Source of the DNA: a bacterium | Lineage (GTDB): Bacteria; UBA6262; WVXT01 | DNA length: 49,042 nt | Reading direction: 5' to 3' | Assembly: GCA_046759165.1 (NCBI GenBank) | Contig: JBHIBS010000011.1 | Span: forward strand, 1-49,042 | Part shown: positions 1 through 8,153 of the stretch, one piece after another | Layout: every line of letters starts with the position of its first letter | How positions within the stretch are numbered: the stretch's first letter is position 1 | Notes under the pieces: generated by a model | The model's database searches: none | Told to the model about the DNA's origin: nothing | The model's input: only the letters and a program-made list of their open reading frames with translations | Translations under genes and position numbers: made by a program

Positions 1-316
1 AAAATCTCCCGGCATTATATATTGCCTTATCTACAGATTCCTGGTATGACATAAACGGCATATCCCCAATAATAAAGGTATTGGGAGCTCCTCTACGAAC
101 AGCTTCTGCATGAACAATCATCTGCTCCATTGTTACTGGTCTGGTATCTTTATATCCATAAACAACCATACCCAACGAATCGCCAACCAAAAGCATATCT
201 AAACCTGCTTTTTCAGCAAAAGTAGCAGTGGGATAATCATCACATGTGAGAAATGTAATCTTTTCTCCATCTTTTTTCATCTTATAAAAATCGAGTACAC
301 TCTTTTTCTTACCCAT
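1..316 (-). CDS. panB: 3-methyl-2-oxobutanoate hydroxymethyltransferase (ketopantoate hydroxymethyltransferase), 5' part, runs off the window edge
   Basis: Not in the ORF track. My translation is [54 protein letters not shown]...[11 protein letters not shown], with the PanB motifs LLVGDSLG and [20 protein letters not shown] lies upstream. Confidence 0.9.
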   Translation of the reverse strand, partial: MGKKKSVLDFYKMKKDGEKITFLTCDDYPTATFAEKAGLDMLLVGDSLGMVVYGYKDTRPVTMEQMIVHAEAVRRGAPNTFIIGDMPFMSYQESVDKAIYNAGRF

Positions 317-547
317 TCTACTGTCCCTCTCTTTAAGTTATGTAACTACAAGGTCACATACTGCATGTTCAGACGCTTTAATGTGAACATTTCATAATTT
401 TCCTCATTCATATATGGCTTGTTTCCTGGAAGTCTACACAACCAAACTGCTTCGTTAATGCCCTAAATTAAAAAGCGGGAAAAACCAATCCATTTTGAAT
501 AACTCCTGCTTTAGATATTCTATTAACGGTCGGATTGGGTATTACAT

Positions 548-710
548 TAGGATATGCCTATAATAAGTTAATTATAAACTTCCTTGTAGGAGCAACTGAT
601 ATGCCTAATCCTCCTTATAAGGTACAATTGTCTTACTACCTCTAATACGTTACGATGAAATTCAGGAAGCTTGTCCAGAAAGAGCACCCTGCCTCAAGGA
701 TATCTGCCTA
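548..710. promoter_or_regulatory. Repeated operator-like motif GATAT(CT)GCCTA upstream of panB
   Basis: TAGGATATGCCTA at 548-560 (TAGG/CCTA palindromic arms), GATATGCCTA at 598-607 and GGATATCTGCCTA at 698-710, all in the long non-coding leader. Confidence 0.3.
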
Positions 711-823
711 GGAAACATTCACGCTTAATAGCTGTAAAAAGGCTGTTGATGGGTGATATTTTGGGAAGTTGTGTGATGGTCAAGCTAGACGACAAACTGA
801 GTTTTCGAAGATACTTAGATAAT

Positions 824-863
824 ATTATGAGTCAGGTGCTCTAACCAGCTGAACTATGGGCCT
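824..863 (-). tRNA. 5' half only of a tRNA with CAT anticodon (Ile2-like), truncated just after the anticodon loop; likely an att-site remnant
   Basis: The minus strand reads AGGCCCA-TA-GTTC-AGCTGGTTA-GAGC-A-CCTGA-CTCATAA-T, then TATTATC... The expected TCAGG, T-arm and CCA are absent, and I see no 3' half in the window. A -10-like TATACT lies upstream at 878-883. Confidence 0.85.
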
Positions 864-898
864 ATTTTTGCTTTTTAAGTATAAACACAATTATTATA

Positions 899-1153
899 TT
901 AAATGAAAATTTTTGGTTTTTTAAGTTCTATGGCAATCAGTGTTTCTGTTGCAGTAGTGCCTGGAATTGCCCTTATCTTATTAATCACAACTGAGGCAAG
1001 TTCATCTATGTCCTCTGCCTGCACGGTAACTACCAGGTCCCACCGGCCGAAAACAGCAATAACTTCCTGGACTCCACTAATCTGCCTTAATGCCTCCATA
1101 ATAACTTCTTCATGTCCGGATAATAGACGGACAAAAACCAGCCCAGAGACCAT
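899..1153 (-). CDS. Stand-alone Lrp/AsnC ligand-binding (RAM) domain protein
   Basis: MVSGLVFVRLL...GVQEVIAVFGRWDLVVTV...KIRAIPGTTATETLI fits the RAM fold. ATG 1153 has an AAGGAGG RBS; the longer 1249 start runs through an intergenic repeat. Confidence 0.8.
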   Translation of the reverse strand: MVSGLVFVRLLSGHEEVIMEALRQISGVQEVIAVFGRWDLVVTVQAEDIDELASVVINKIRAIPGTTATETLIAIELKKPKIFI

Positions 1154-1172
1154 TCTGTTTCCTCCTTCTATC

Positions 1173-1268
1173 AACCCTCCCTTTGGGGAGGACTCCAGAG
1201 CCGATTTCATCCGGGATGGAGAGCTTCGCTCTGCTACTACATTCTGCACAATTTGAAATTGTGCCTAC
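1173..1268 (-). repeat. Composite intergenic REP-like cluster (GTAG hairpins plus a CCTCCC-NAAA-GGGAGG hairpin)
   Basis: Minus strand: GTAGGCACAATTTCAAATTGTGC (1246-1268), GTAGTAGCAGAGCGAAGCTCT (1220-1240) and CTGGAGTCCTCCCCAAAGGGAGGGTT (1173-1198). The same modules recur at 13777-13859. Confidence 0.8.
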
Positions 1269-1299
1269 AAATGGTGCATTTAATTACGGGTTGGATGAT

Positions 1300-1860
1300 T
1301 CAACCCGTGCCCCGAAGGAACAGGTCGGCAAAATACTTCACCTTGCAAGCATGCTCGATAGAACATATCATTACAAATGCTTCCTCTACAATCTTTCCGA
1401 TAGCAATGGGTCCATGTTCTTTTATTATCGCTCCTTTGTGGTCTTTGAGGGCATTTGCTGCGTTTTTGGCAAGTTCTCTCGACCCCACTCCCCCTGTTAT
1501 AATAGGAATCTCGTGCAGGAAGTATTTACTTTCACAGTCGGTGGGGATTAATGGGTTGGTGGGGGAAATCATCGATTGGACTATGGCAAATGGAGAATGG
1601 GCGTGGATTATGGCTAAAGCGGAAGTCTCTTTGTAGATATGCCTGTGGACTATTGCTTCTGAGGAAGCTATGGTGTCGAAACTACTGAGCTTATCCAGGT
1701 CTAACTCCACGACCATACTCTCATCGATCTCATCGAGCATGCTACCGCTTCTGGTAATTATGAGTCTGTTCCCCACTCTCACGCTGATATTGCCGAAATG
1801 GGAATGGGTTAATCCGCATTGAACCATCTTTTTGCCGAATTTGCTAATTTCCCTCCACAT
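1300..1860 (-). CDS. Class II aldolase/adducin family protein (fuculose-1-phosphate aldolase-like)
   Basis: GNISVR, SSE...H, IIHAHSP and EHG Zn-binding motifs. Confidence 0.85.
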   Translation of the reverse strand: MWREISKFGKKMVQCGLTHSHFGNISVRVGNRLIITRSGSMLDEIDESMVVELDLDKLSSFDTIASSEAIVHRHIYKETSALAIIHAHSPFAIVQSMISPTNPLIPTDCESKYFLHEIPIITGGVGSRELAKNAANALKDHKGAIIKEHGPIAIGKIVEEAFVMICSIEHACKVKYFADLFLRGTG

Positions 1861-1898
1861 TGTGACTCCCTTGAAGGATTCCTTAAGGCCGGATACTC

Positions 1899-2022
1899 AA
1901 CCCTCCCTTTCGGGATAAATCCAGAGCCTATTTGACCGGTGATACAGAGTTGGGCGACCGTAAAGGTCGCCCCTACGTGGTCTACAAAAACTATAGTTCG
2001 GCACCCTGAAGGGTGCCCGACC
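1899..2022. repeat. REP-like hairpin cluster between AOR and the aldolase
   Basis: Tetraloop-hairpin repeat at 1899-1924, minus-strand GTAGGGGCGACCTTTACGGTCGCCC at 1952-1976, and a GGCACCCTGAAGGGTGCC hairpin near 2000-2017. Confidence 0.7.
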
Positions 2023-2039
2023 AGATTAATGTACCAGCT

Positions 2040-3776
2040 CTACATTCGAATGTTGAGTTGTTCCAGTTTCTCCTTTGTGGGAATCCCTTGGCTATCCCAT
2101 CCCCGGAAACGGTAGTATTCCAGAAGGGACGCCAGAAACTCATCTTTCTTAATATTCCTTCCCTCCACTTCTCCGTCTTCCTGGAAAAACCTTTCCGGAA
2201 GGGTATCACCTTTACTACTGAATTTCTCTTTCAAGTTGAACAATCTCTCTATATTCCAGATCCTTTCTCCTATCTCAAGTAGACTTTCCGAGACAAAATC
2301 TACACCGGTTACCGCACTTAAAATATTTGCCCACTCTTCCTCTCCCACACTGAAAAGTGCAAATTTACAAACTACCAGAGAATCGACTGCGGTGAAGAGG
2401 TTCTGAATAACCTGCACAAGGCCAGACTTTCCGGAGAAAGTGAGCCTGTTTACTAGTTTGGGTTTGCCGAAAATCTCTGGACCAATCATATATGCCCTCA
2501 GGTGGCATCCTCCCCTGTTGGAAGTGGCATATCCTAAAGCCAATCCCAGAACTCCTCTCGGGTCGTAGCCGGGTAACTCGAGACCCTTGACCTGCATGCT
2601 TAGATTGGGTCTCTTGTGAGCTCTGGCATATCTCATCGAGCCTTCGGATAATTCTTGACCAACGTCTTTTCTCTCACCAATTAGTTCGACTAACTTTGGT
2701 AATTCCTCATCTGTGAGTTGTTCTCCGGTGAGTTCCAGATGGCAGGCAATTGTGCTTCCGGCGCTAATGGTATCCATGCCGTAATCATTGCAGAGTCTAT
2801 TTGCCTTCATAATTGTCTGAATGTTGGAAATTCTACAGGAGGAACCGAACATACTTATAGTTTCGTATTCGGGTATCTCCATTTCAGTATCCCTGACTTC
2901 GCGCTTGCAGGCTATGGGACAGGCGTAGCAAGGAGTCTTTTTTATGGGAAATGCGGAATTTATCTTCTCTCCAGAAATTTCCTCTGCAAAATCGAACCGG
3001 GAGAACCTGAAGTTCCCGGTGGGAAGAATCTTCATATAGTTTATCAGGTTAACAAGAACTGCTGTTCCGTACTCGCTAAGACCTTTCGAAGATACAGGGT
3101 TAGCTACAAGAAGCCTGGTTATGTCCTGAAAATACTTCTTGTATCTATACCTATCAAAGAGCGGTATTTCCCTTTCTTCCTTCACTACAATTGCCTTTAA
3201 ATTCTTGCTACCCATCACAGCTCCCAATCCGCCGCGACCACAGGTATGGGTATAGTCGTTCATTATGTTGGCAAATCTCACTCCCTTTTCTCCAGCCTTT
3301 CCTATACAGGCAACTCTCCCGAATTTTGATAGTTGCCGAGTGACTTCCCGCGTATTCTTGCCCCAGAGAGGCCTTGCATCTTTTAATGTGATTTTGCCAT
3401 TATGAATCTGTATGTATACTGGTTCCTCTGCTTTCCCAGATATTACTAATCCATCAAATCCGGCAAACTTCAATTCGGGGCCAAAGCGCCCGCCACTGTT
3501 AGAATCGAACATGGTGCCGGTCAGTGGAGATTTGGAAACAGTAGCATATCGTCCGGAAGTGGGGCAAGTGGTGCCGGTGAGGGGTCCGGCAGCAAAGACC
3601 AAGATATTTTCCGAAGAGAGTGGGTCGACTCCAGGCTTCACTAAATCATAGACGAATTTCACCCCCAGACCGCGGCCTCCCAGATAATCCGTGAGGAATT
3701 CTTCGCCTAATGGAACAATCTCTACTTTCCTTTCAGTTAAGTAGACCATCGCTATCTTCCCATTCCAGCCAAACAT
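2040..3776 (-). CDS. aor: Tungsten-type aldehyde:ferredoxin oxidoreductase
   Basis: GGRGLG, KSPLTG, GRGGLGAVMGSKNLKAI, CxxCPIAC, EYET, DTIS, GYDPR, RGGCHL and YY.FRGWD..G.P motifs. ATG 3776 follows GGAGG. Confidence 0.92.
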   Translation of the reverse strand: MFGWNGKIAMVYLTERKVEIVPLGEEFLTDYLGGRGLGVKFVYDLVKPGVDPLSSENILVFAAGPLTGTTCPTSGRYATVSKSPLTGTMFDSNSGGRFGPELKFAGFDGLVISGKAEEPVYIQIHNGKITLKDARPLWGKNTREVTRQLSKFGRVACIGKAGEKGVRFANIMNDYTHTCGRGGLGAVMGSKNLKAIVVKEEREIPLFDRYRYKKYFQDITRLLVANPVSSKGLSEYGTAVLVNLINYMKILPTGNFRFSRFDFAEEISGEKINSAFPIKKTPCYACPIACKREVRDTEMEIPEYETISMFGSSCRISNIQTIMKANRLCNDYGMDTISAGSTIACHLELTGEQLTDEELPKLVELIGERKDVGQELSEGSMRYARAHKRPNLSMQVKGLELPGYDPRGVLGLALGYATSNRGGCHLRAYMIGPEIFGKPKLVNRLTFSGKSGLVQVIQNLFTAVDSLVVCKFALFSVGEEEWANILSAVTGVDFVSESLLEIGERIWNIERLFNLKEKFSSKGDTLPERFFQEDGEVEGRNIKKDEFLASLLEYYRFRGWDSQGIPTKEKLEQLNIRM

Positions 3777-3777
3777 T

Positions 3778-4017
3778 TTATCCTCCAGCAATTATCGGGA
3801 AGAGGCAGAGGGTGTCGCCCTCTTGCAGCGGAGTTTCTTTTACCCCGGTATGCTCATTGACAATGACGAGAAGAGGCTCATTTTGGGGAATTCCTATCTT
3901 GGAAAGTAGGTCTTTTACGCTGGAGCCTTCCTCGATATTTATCTCCAGATTCTCTTTATTGGAAAACTTGCGAATGCTGGCAAATAATCTTACATTTACT
4001 TTCAAGAGGAATTCCAA
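3778..4017 (-). CDS. moaD: MoaD/ThiS family sulfur carrier
   Basis: VRLFA at the N-terminus and a C-terminal LFPIIAGG diglycine; directly upstream of AOR. The start may be TTG at 4005. Confidence 0.85.
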   Translation of the reverse strand: MEFLLKVNVRLFASIRKFSNKENLEINIEEGSSVKDLLSKIGIPQNEPLLVIVNEHTGVKETPLQEGDTLCLFPIIAGG

Positions 4018-4028
4018 GTTCTGGTCAA

Positions 4029-4057
4029 AATTTACTTTGATGCTGCGGAATTGTTAA
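4029..4057 (-). promoter_or_regulatory. Possible sigma70 promoter for moaD-aor
   Basis: Minus strand TTAACA-17 nt-TAAATT. Confidence 0.35.
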
Positions 4058-4076
4058 AGAGAAATGTCTGCATTTT

Positions 4077-6182
4077 TCAAAATAGGCAGTAGGGGGCTGG
4101 GCAACCACCGGCATACTCCGAATCCACCCACACGTATCCAGGTGCCTCTTCCCTTACCTCTTCCGGGACAGAGCCAAGATAGAGTACCTGCTGGGGTTTG
4201 CTTCCATACCGATAGATGGTAACCCCTTTGCATCCAAGTTTATAGGCGAGTTTGTAAACTTTCTCCACTTCTTCCACTGTAGCTTCATATGGGAGATTGA
4301 CTGTTTTCGATACAGCATTGTCTGTATACTTCTGGAAGGCTGCCTGCATTTTCACATGCCATTCAGGGGAAATATCAAAAGCTGTGACAAATATCTTCCT
4401 TATGGAGACAGGAATCTTCTTCATATGCTGTATCGAACCTTTCTTTGCTATCTCCATGAGCAATTTCTTATCATAAAATCCTTTATCTATGGCCATTTCT
4501 TCAAACAGACTATTGGTCTCCAGAAATTGTGTGCCTTCGAGTATGTTCCGAATGTAAGATATAGCAAATAGAGGCTCTATCCCACTGGAACAACCTGCTA
4601 TTGTGCTTATTGTCCCTGTAGGTGCAATTGTGGTTAAAGAGGCATTTCGCACCTTGATCTTTCTCTTATCCCAGATACTTCCTTTGAAGTTTGGAAAGAC
4701 CTCCCTCAGCTCTGCCAGTTTCCTCGACTTTTCTCTTGCTTCTCTGGTAATGAATTTCATAACCCTCTCAGCAACATGGATTCCCTCTTGGGAATTATAG
4801 GGAATGCCCAGTTTAATTAGCATTTCGGCAAATCCCATAACCCCTAGGCCAATTTTCCTGTTACCCTTTGTTATTCTCTCTATCTGAGAGAGTGGATATT
4901 TATTAATATCGATAACGTTATCAAGAAAATGGACAGCTGTTCTTACCACACCCTTCAATTTTTGCCAGTTTATCTTCTTTTTTTGGACCATCTTTAACAA
5001 ATTTATTGAACCTAAAACGCAGGACTCATAAGGCAACAAAGGTTGCTCTCCACAGGGATTGGTGCTCTCGATTATTCCAATATGGGGCGTGGGATTTTTC
5101 CTATTTATCCGGTCAATAAACACAAGCCCCGGATCTCCTGTCTTCCAGGCTGTCGCTATTATCAAATTAAATACATCTCTGGTCCTTAATTTTCTAATAG
5201 GCTTTCCTGTTCTGGGATTTATTAGCTCGTACTCCTTATCTGCCTCGAGCAATCTCATAAATTTATCTGTAATGGCAACTGAGAGATTGAAATTGGTAAA
5301 CGCTCCCTCTCTGGTTTTGGCTGTGATGAACTCCAGGATATCGGGGTGGTCTACTCTCAAAATTCCCATATTTGCTCCTCTTCTTCTTCCTCCCTGTTTG
5401 ATTATATCTGTTGCCATATCGAATACGCGCATAAATGAAACGGGACCGGAAGCAATTCCTTTAGTTGACTTAACTAAATCTCCTTTTGGTCTCAATTTGG
5501 AAAATGAGAACCCCGTTCCCCCACCCGACTGGTGAATTAAAGCCATAACTTTTACTGCTTCAAAGATGGATTTCATAGAATCTTCTATAGGTAGGACAAA
5601 GCAAGCAGATAGCTGACCCATTCTGGTCCCTGCATTGATCAAAGCAGGACTATTTGGAATGAATTCCAGATTTGACATTACCCTGTAGAATTCTCTTTCT
5701 GTTTCTTCTGCATTGAATTTTTTCCCATAGAGGTGGTCCGCAGTGGCTACCTCTCTTGCTACTCTCTCGAACATTTTCTTAGGAGTTTCGATTAGATTAC
5801 CGGATTCGTCTTGCAATAAATACCTCTTCTTCAGAATTCTTACGGCATTCACCGGCAATTTTAAATCATCTTCTATGCCAAAGATTCTTTTAGCTTCGCG
5901 AACCTCTTTTCGCTTCTGGCGATAGAGGATATATGACTTTGCCACTCTGGTAAGGCCATTTTTAATCAGAACATTCTCTACAATATCTTGTATATCCTCA
6001 ACACCTGGAATCTTTCCCACAAATTTTCGTTTGACTATCCTGATAACCTGGCGAGACAGCCGTTCTGCCAAGGCGCTGTCCTTTACCCTTACTGCGAGAA
6101 TAGATTTTTCAATGGCCCTGGTAATCTTATTCTGGTCAAAATGGACTATCCTGCCATCCCTCTTGCGAATTTTTCCCGCCAT
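4077..6182 (-). CDS. nrdJ: Class II (adenosylcobalamin-dependent) ribonucleotide reductase with N-terminal ATP-cone
   Basis: ATP-cone (IRKRDGRIVHFD..KI), PNSP, SACF, GGGTGF, RRGANM, TNPCGEQPL, TIAPTGT and a C-terminal CxxxxC. No class I YY motif and no adjacent nrdB. Confidence 0.88.
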   Translation of the reverse strand: MAGKIRKRDGRIVHFDQNKITRAIEKSILAVRVKDSALAERLSRQVIRIVKRKFVGKIPGVEDIQDIVENVLIKNGLTRVAKSYILYRQKRKEVREAKRIFGIEDDLKLPVNAVRILKKRYLLQDESGNLIETPKKMFERVAREVATADHLYGKKFNAEETEREFYRVMSNLEFIPNSPALINAGTRMGQLSACFVLPIEDSMKSIFEAVKVMALIHQSGGGTGFSFSKLRPKGDLVKSTKGIASGPVSFMRVFDMATDIIKQGGRRRGANMGILRVDHPDILEFITAKTREGAFTNFNLSVAITDKFMRLLEADKEYELINPRTGKPIRKLRTRDVFNLIIATAWKTGDPGLVFIDRINRKNPTPHIGIIESTNPCGEQPLLPYESCVLGSINLLKMVQKKKINWQKLKGVVRTAVHFLDNVIDINKYPLSQIERITKGNRKIGLGVMGFAEMLIKLGIPYNSQEGIHVAERVMKFITREAREKSRKLAELREVFPNFKGSIWDKRKIKVRNASLTTIAPTGTISTIAGCSSGIEPLFAISYIRNILEGTQFLETNSLFEEMAIDKGFYDKKLLMEIAKKGSIQHMKKIPVSIRKIFVTAFDISPEWHVKMQAAFQKYTDNAVSKTVNLPYEATVEEVEKVYKLAYKLGCKGVTIYRYGSKPQQVLYLGSVPEEVREEAPGYVWVDSEYAGGCPAPYCLF

Positions 6183-6202
6183 TGTGCTCCCCTAACGGCG
6201 GA

Positions 6203-6359
6203 GCAGAGCTATCCCTCTGCCGCTACAGCTTTTTTTCCTCCCCCGATTTCATCGAGGACGCGGAGTTGCCGCTCCGCTCCATTTTAAAGCAAATCTTTGG
6301 CCTGCTGGGCTAAAAAGTACCTGTCACCTTTTCTAAAAAGTAGCCTGTCCCCTTTTTTT
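6203..6359. repeat. Intergenic repeats between rpoD and nrdJ
   Basis: GTAG-type hairpin at 6203-6226; tandem AAAAAGTA(G)CCTGTC(A/C)CCTTTT units at 6312-6359, which recur at 35948-36046. Confidence 0.7.
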
Positions 6360-6428
6360 AAGATAAAAAAAACTGAGTTGAAGAAGAAAAAGCGTTTTTC
6401 CTAAAACTCAGGGATTCTACATACGGAA

Positions 6429-8153
6429 TTATTCAACGTATTCTCTCAAATACTTACTTCTTGATGGATGGCGCAGTTTTCTTATCGCCTTTGCCTCGAT
6501 TTGTCTTACTCTTTCCCTTGTTACATCAAATATCTGACCTACCTCTTCTAAAGTGCGGGGATATCCCACTCCAATTCCAAACCTCAATTTGATGATCTTT
6601 GCCTCCCGTTCAGTCAAACTTGATAACACCCTCTCTATCTCCTTTTGGCGCAAAACATCTACCGCGACATTCACCGGGGAAAGGTTATCGCGGTCTTCAA
6701 TGAAATCTTCCAGATAGCTTTCTTCTTCTTCACCAATAGGAGTAGCTAAGGATATCGGCTCTTGCATTATCTTTAATACGGCTCGTATTCTTTCTGGCAT
6801 CATCTTCATTTCTTTAGCATATTCTTCAATGAGAGGGTCTCGTCCATATTTCTGGCGATACCGACGAGCAATTTTGGTCAATTTACTAATAATCTCTTTC
6901 ATATGTACTGGAATCCTGATGGTACGGGCCTGGTCGGCTATTGCCCGATTTATAGATTGTCTAATCCACCATGTTGCATAGGTTGAAAACTTGAATCCTC
7001 TCTTATATTCAAATTTGTCAACTGCTTTCATTAGGCCGATACTGCCTTCCTGAATTAAATCTAACAAAGAGAGGTTAGGATTAATGTGTTTTTTGGCAAT
7101 ACTTACCACCAGTCTTAAGTTTGCCTTAACCAGTTGTAGTTTACCATCAAGAATTTCTGACTCGAGTTGAGTAACTTGCTTATACAACTCCTTTTGGGCT
7201 GAGGAGTCCATCCCCGCGGTCCGCTGGAGCTGAAGGAGGCGCTGAGAAATGTTTCTTAAATTCTTGTATATTCTCTCCATCTCTTTTAAAGTTACTCCTG
7301 TTTTCTTCTTGAATTCTGACCGGGAGACTTTCTTTGCCTTAGCTTTTCGCCAGAGCTTCTTAGCCTCGGGAAAGGAAAGTTTAAGTTTTTGTTGATAGTA
7401 ATCGTTTTCCTTTTCGATCTGTCCTAATTTCAGACCTGTGTGTTTTATCTTTGCAATTATCTTTTTAATTTTCTCTGATTTTAAGTTCAAATCGAGAATT
7501 TGTTGTAAAATTTTCTTCTTTTCCTGAGTTAACAATTTCTCGACCTTCTCCTTTGACTTGGGAGTAATTCTCCTTGCTGTTAATCGCTCCTGATACGCAA
7601 GAATTTTCTTCTCGCTTTTAGTGATTTCCCGAACCACTCTTCTCATCTTCTGTCTCATTCTAGCTAAAGCCGCTCTAGTCTTTCGGCCTCGAGGCATTAG
7701 CTCTTTAGGAGTAATTTCACGTTTCTCTAACATCTTACCCATTTGTTTTATCTCCCTTAAAGCTATGGGAGATTCTAGCGCTACCTGTTTCAGCTTCTTT
7801 TCCTTATCTTTTATGGTCTTGGCTAAATGCATCTCCTGAGGCCGACTAAGAAGAGAAACCTTACCCATTTCATTGAGGTACATCTTTATCGAATCGCTTG
7901 TCTCTACTTCAGTGGTGGGAGTTATGGGGACTAAGCCTCCCTTTTCCTCCTCTGCTTTCTCCGGCCTCTCAATTAAGGCAATTTTATCAACCACATCGAT
8001 TCCCAGCTCATCCAGTTTGGTAAAGATATTATCTATTTCGTCGGAATCGACTATACTTTCAGGAAGTTGCTCGTTTATCTCTTGATAGGTCAGTTTTCCT
8101 GTCTCTTTTCCTTGCTCAATTAATTCAGAAATTTTTTGTTTATACTCTTTCAT
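6429..8153 (-). CDS. rpoD: Primary sigma factor sigma70
   Basis: Region 1.1, 1.2 ([11 protein letters not shown]), 2 ([24 protein letters not shown]) and 4 ([21 protein letters not shown]). Confidence 0.97.
   Translation of the reverse strand: MKEYKQKISELIEQGKETGKLTYQEINEQLPESIVDSDEIDNIFTKLDELGIDVVDKIALIERPEKAEEEKGGLVPITPTTEVETSDSIKMYLNEMGKVSLLSRPQEMHLAKTIKDKEKKLKQVALESPIALREIKQMGKMLEKREITPKELMPRGRKTRAALARMRQKMRRVVREITKSEKKILAYQERLTARRITPKSKEKVEKLLTQEKKKILQQILDLNLKSEKIKKIIAKIKHTGLKLGQIEKENDYYQQKLKLSFPEAKKLWRKAKAKKVSRSEFKKKTGVTLKEMERIYKNLRNISQRLLQLQRTAGMDSSAQKELYKQVTQLESEILDGKLQLVKANLRLVVSIAKKHINPNLSLLDLIQEGSIGLMKAVDKFEYKRGFKFSTYATWWIRQSINRAIADQARTIRIPVHMKEIISKLTKIARRYRQKYGRDPLIEEYAKEMKMMPERIRAVLKIMQEPISLATPIGEEEESYLEDFIEDRDNLSPVNVAVDVLRQKEIERVLSSLTEREAKIIKLRFGIGVGYPRTLEEVGQIFDVTRERVRQIEAKAIRKLRHPSRSKYLREYVE

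Noticed and set aside
317-826. Group I intron in the tRNA(CAT) anticodon loop (Azoarcus tRNA-Ile type)
   Set aside because: No internal guide sequence able to pair with CUCAU, no recognisable P7 core motifs, and no 3' exon before panB.
650-844. Integrase C-terminal remnant on the plus strand reading into the tRNA half
   Set aside because: A short open frame ends ...IMSQVL*, but I see no tyrosine-recombinase H-x-x-R, LGH or catalytic Tyr motifs.
1991-2042. Stop-codon readthrough (Pyl/Sec) at the TAG ends of aor and other genes
   Set aside because: The proteins are already complete at these stops, and the downstream sequence is repeat DNA.
4077-6182. Intein or intron in the ribonucleotide reductase
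   Set aside because: The length is ordinary, catalytic motifs are contiguous, and there are no intein splice-junction or LAGLIDADG motifs.
6183-6428. NrdR boxes or a cobalamin riboswitch upstream of nrdJ
   Set aside because: No match to the NrdR palindrome or B12-box that I could recognise; the spacer is filled by repeats.
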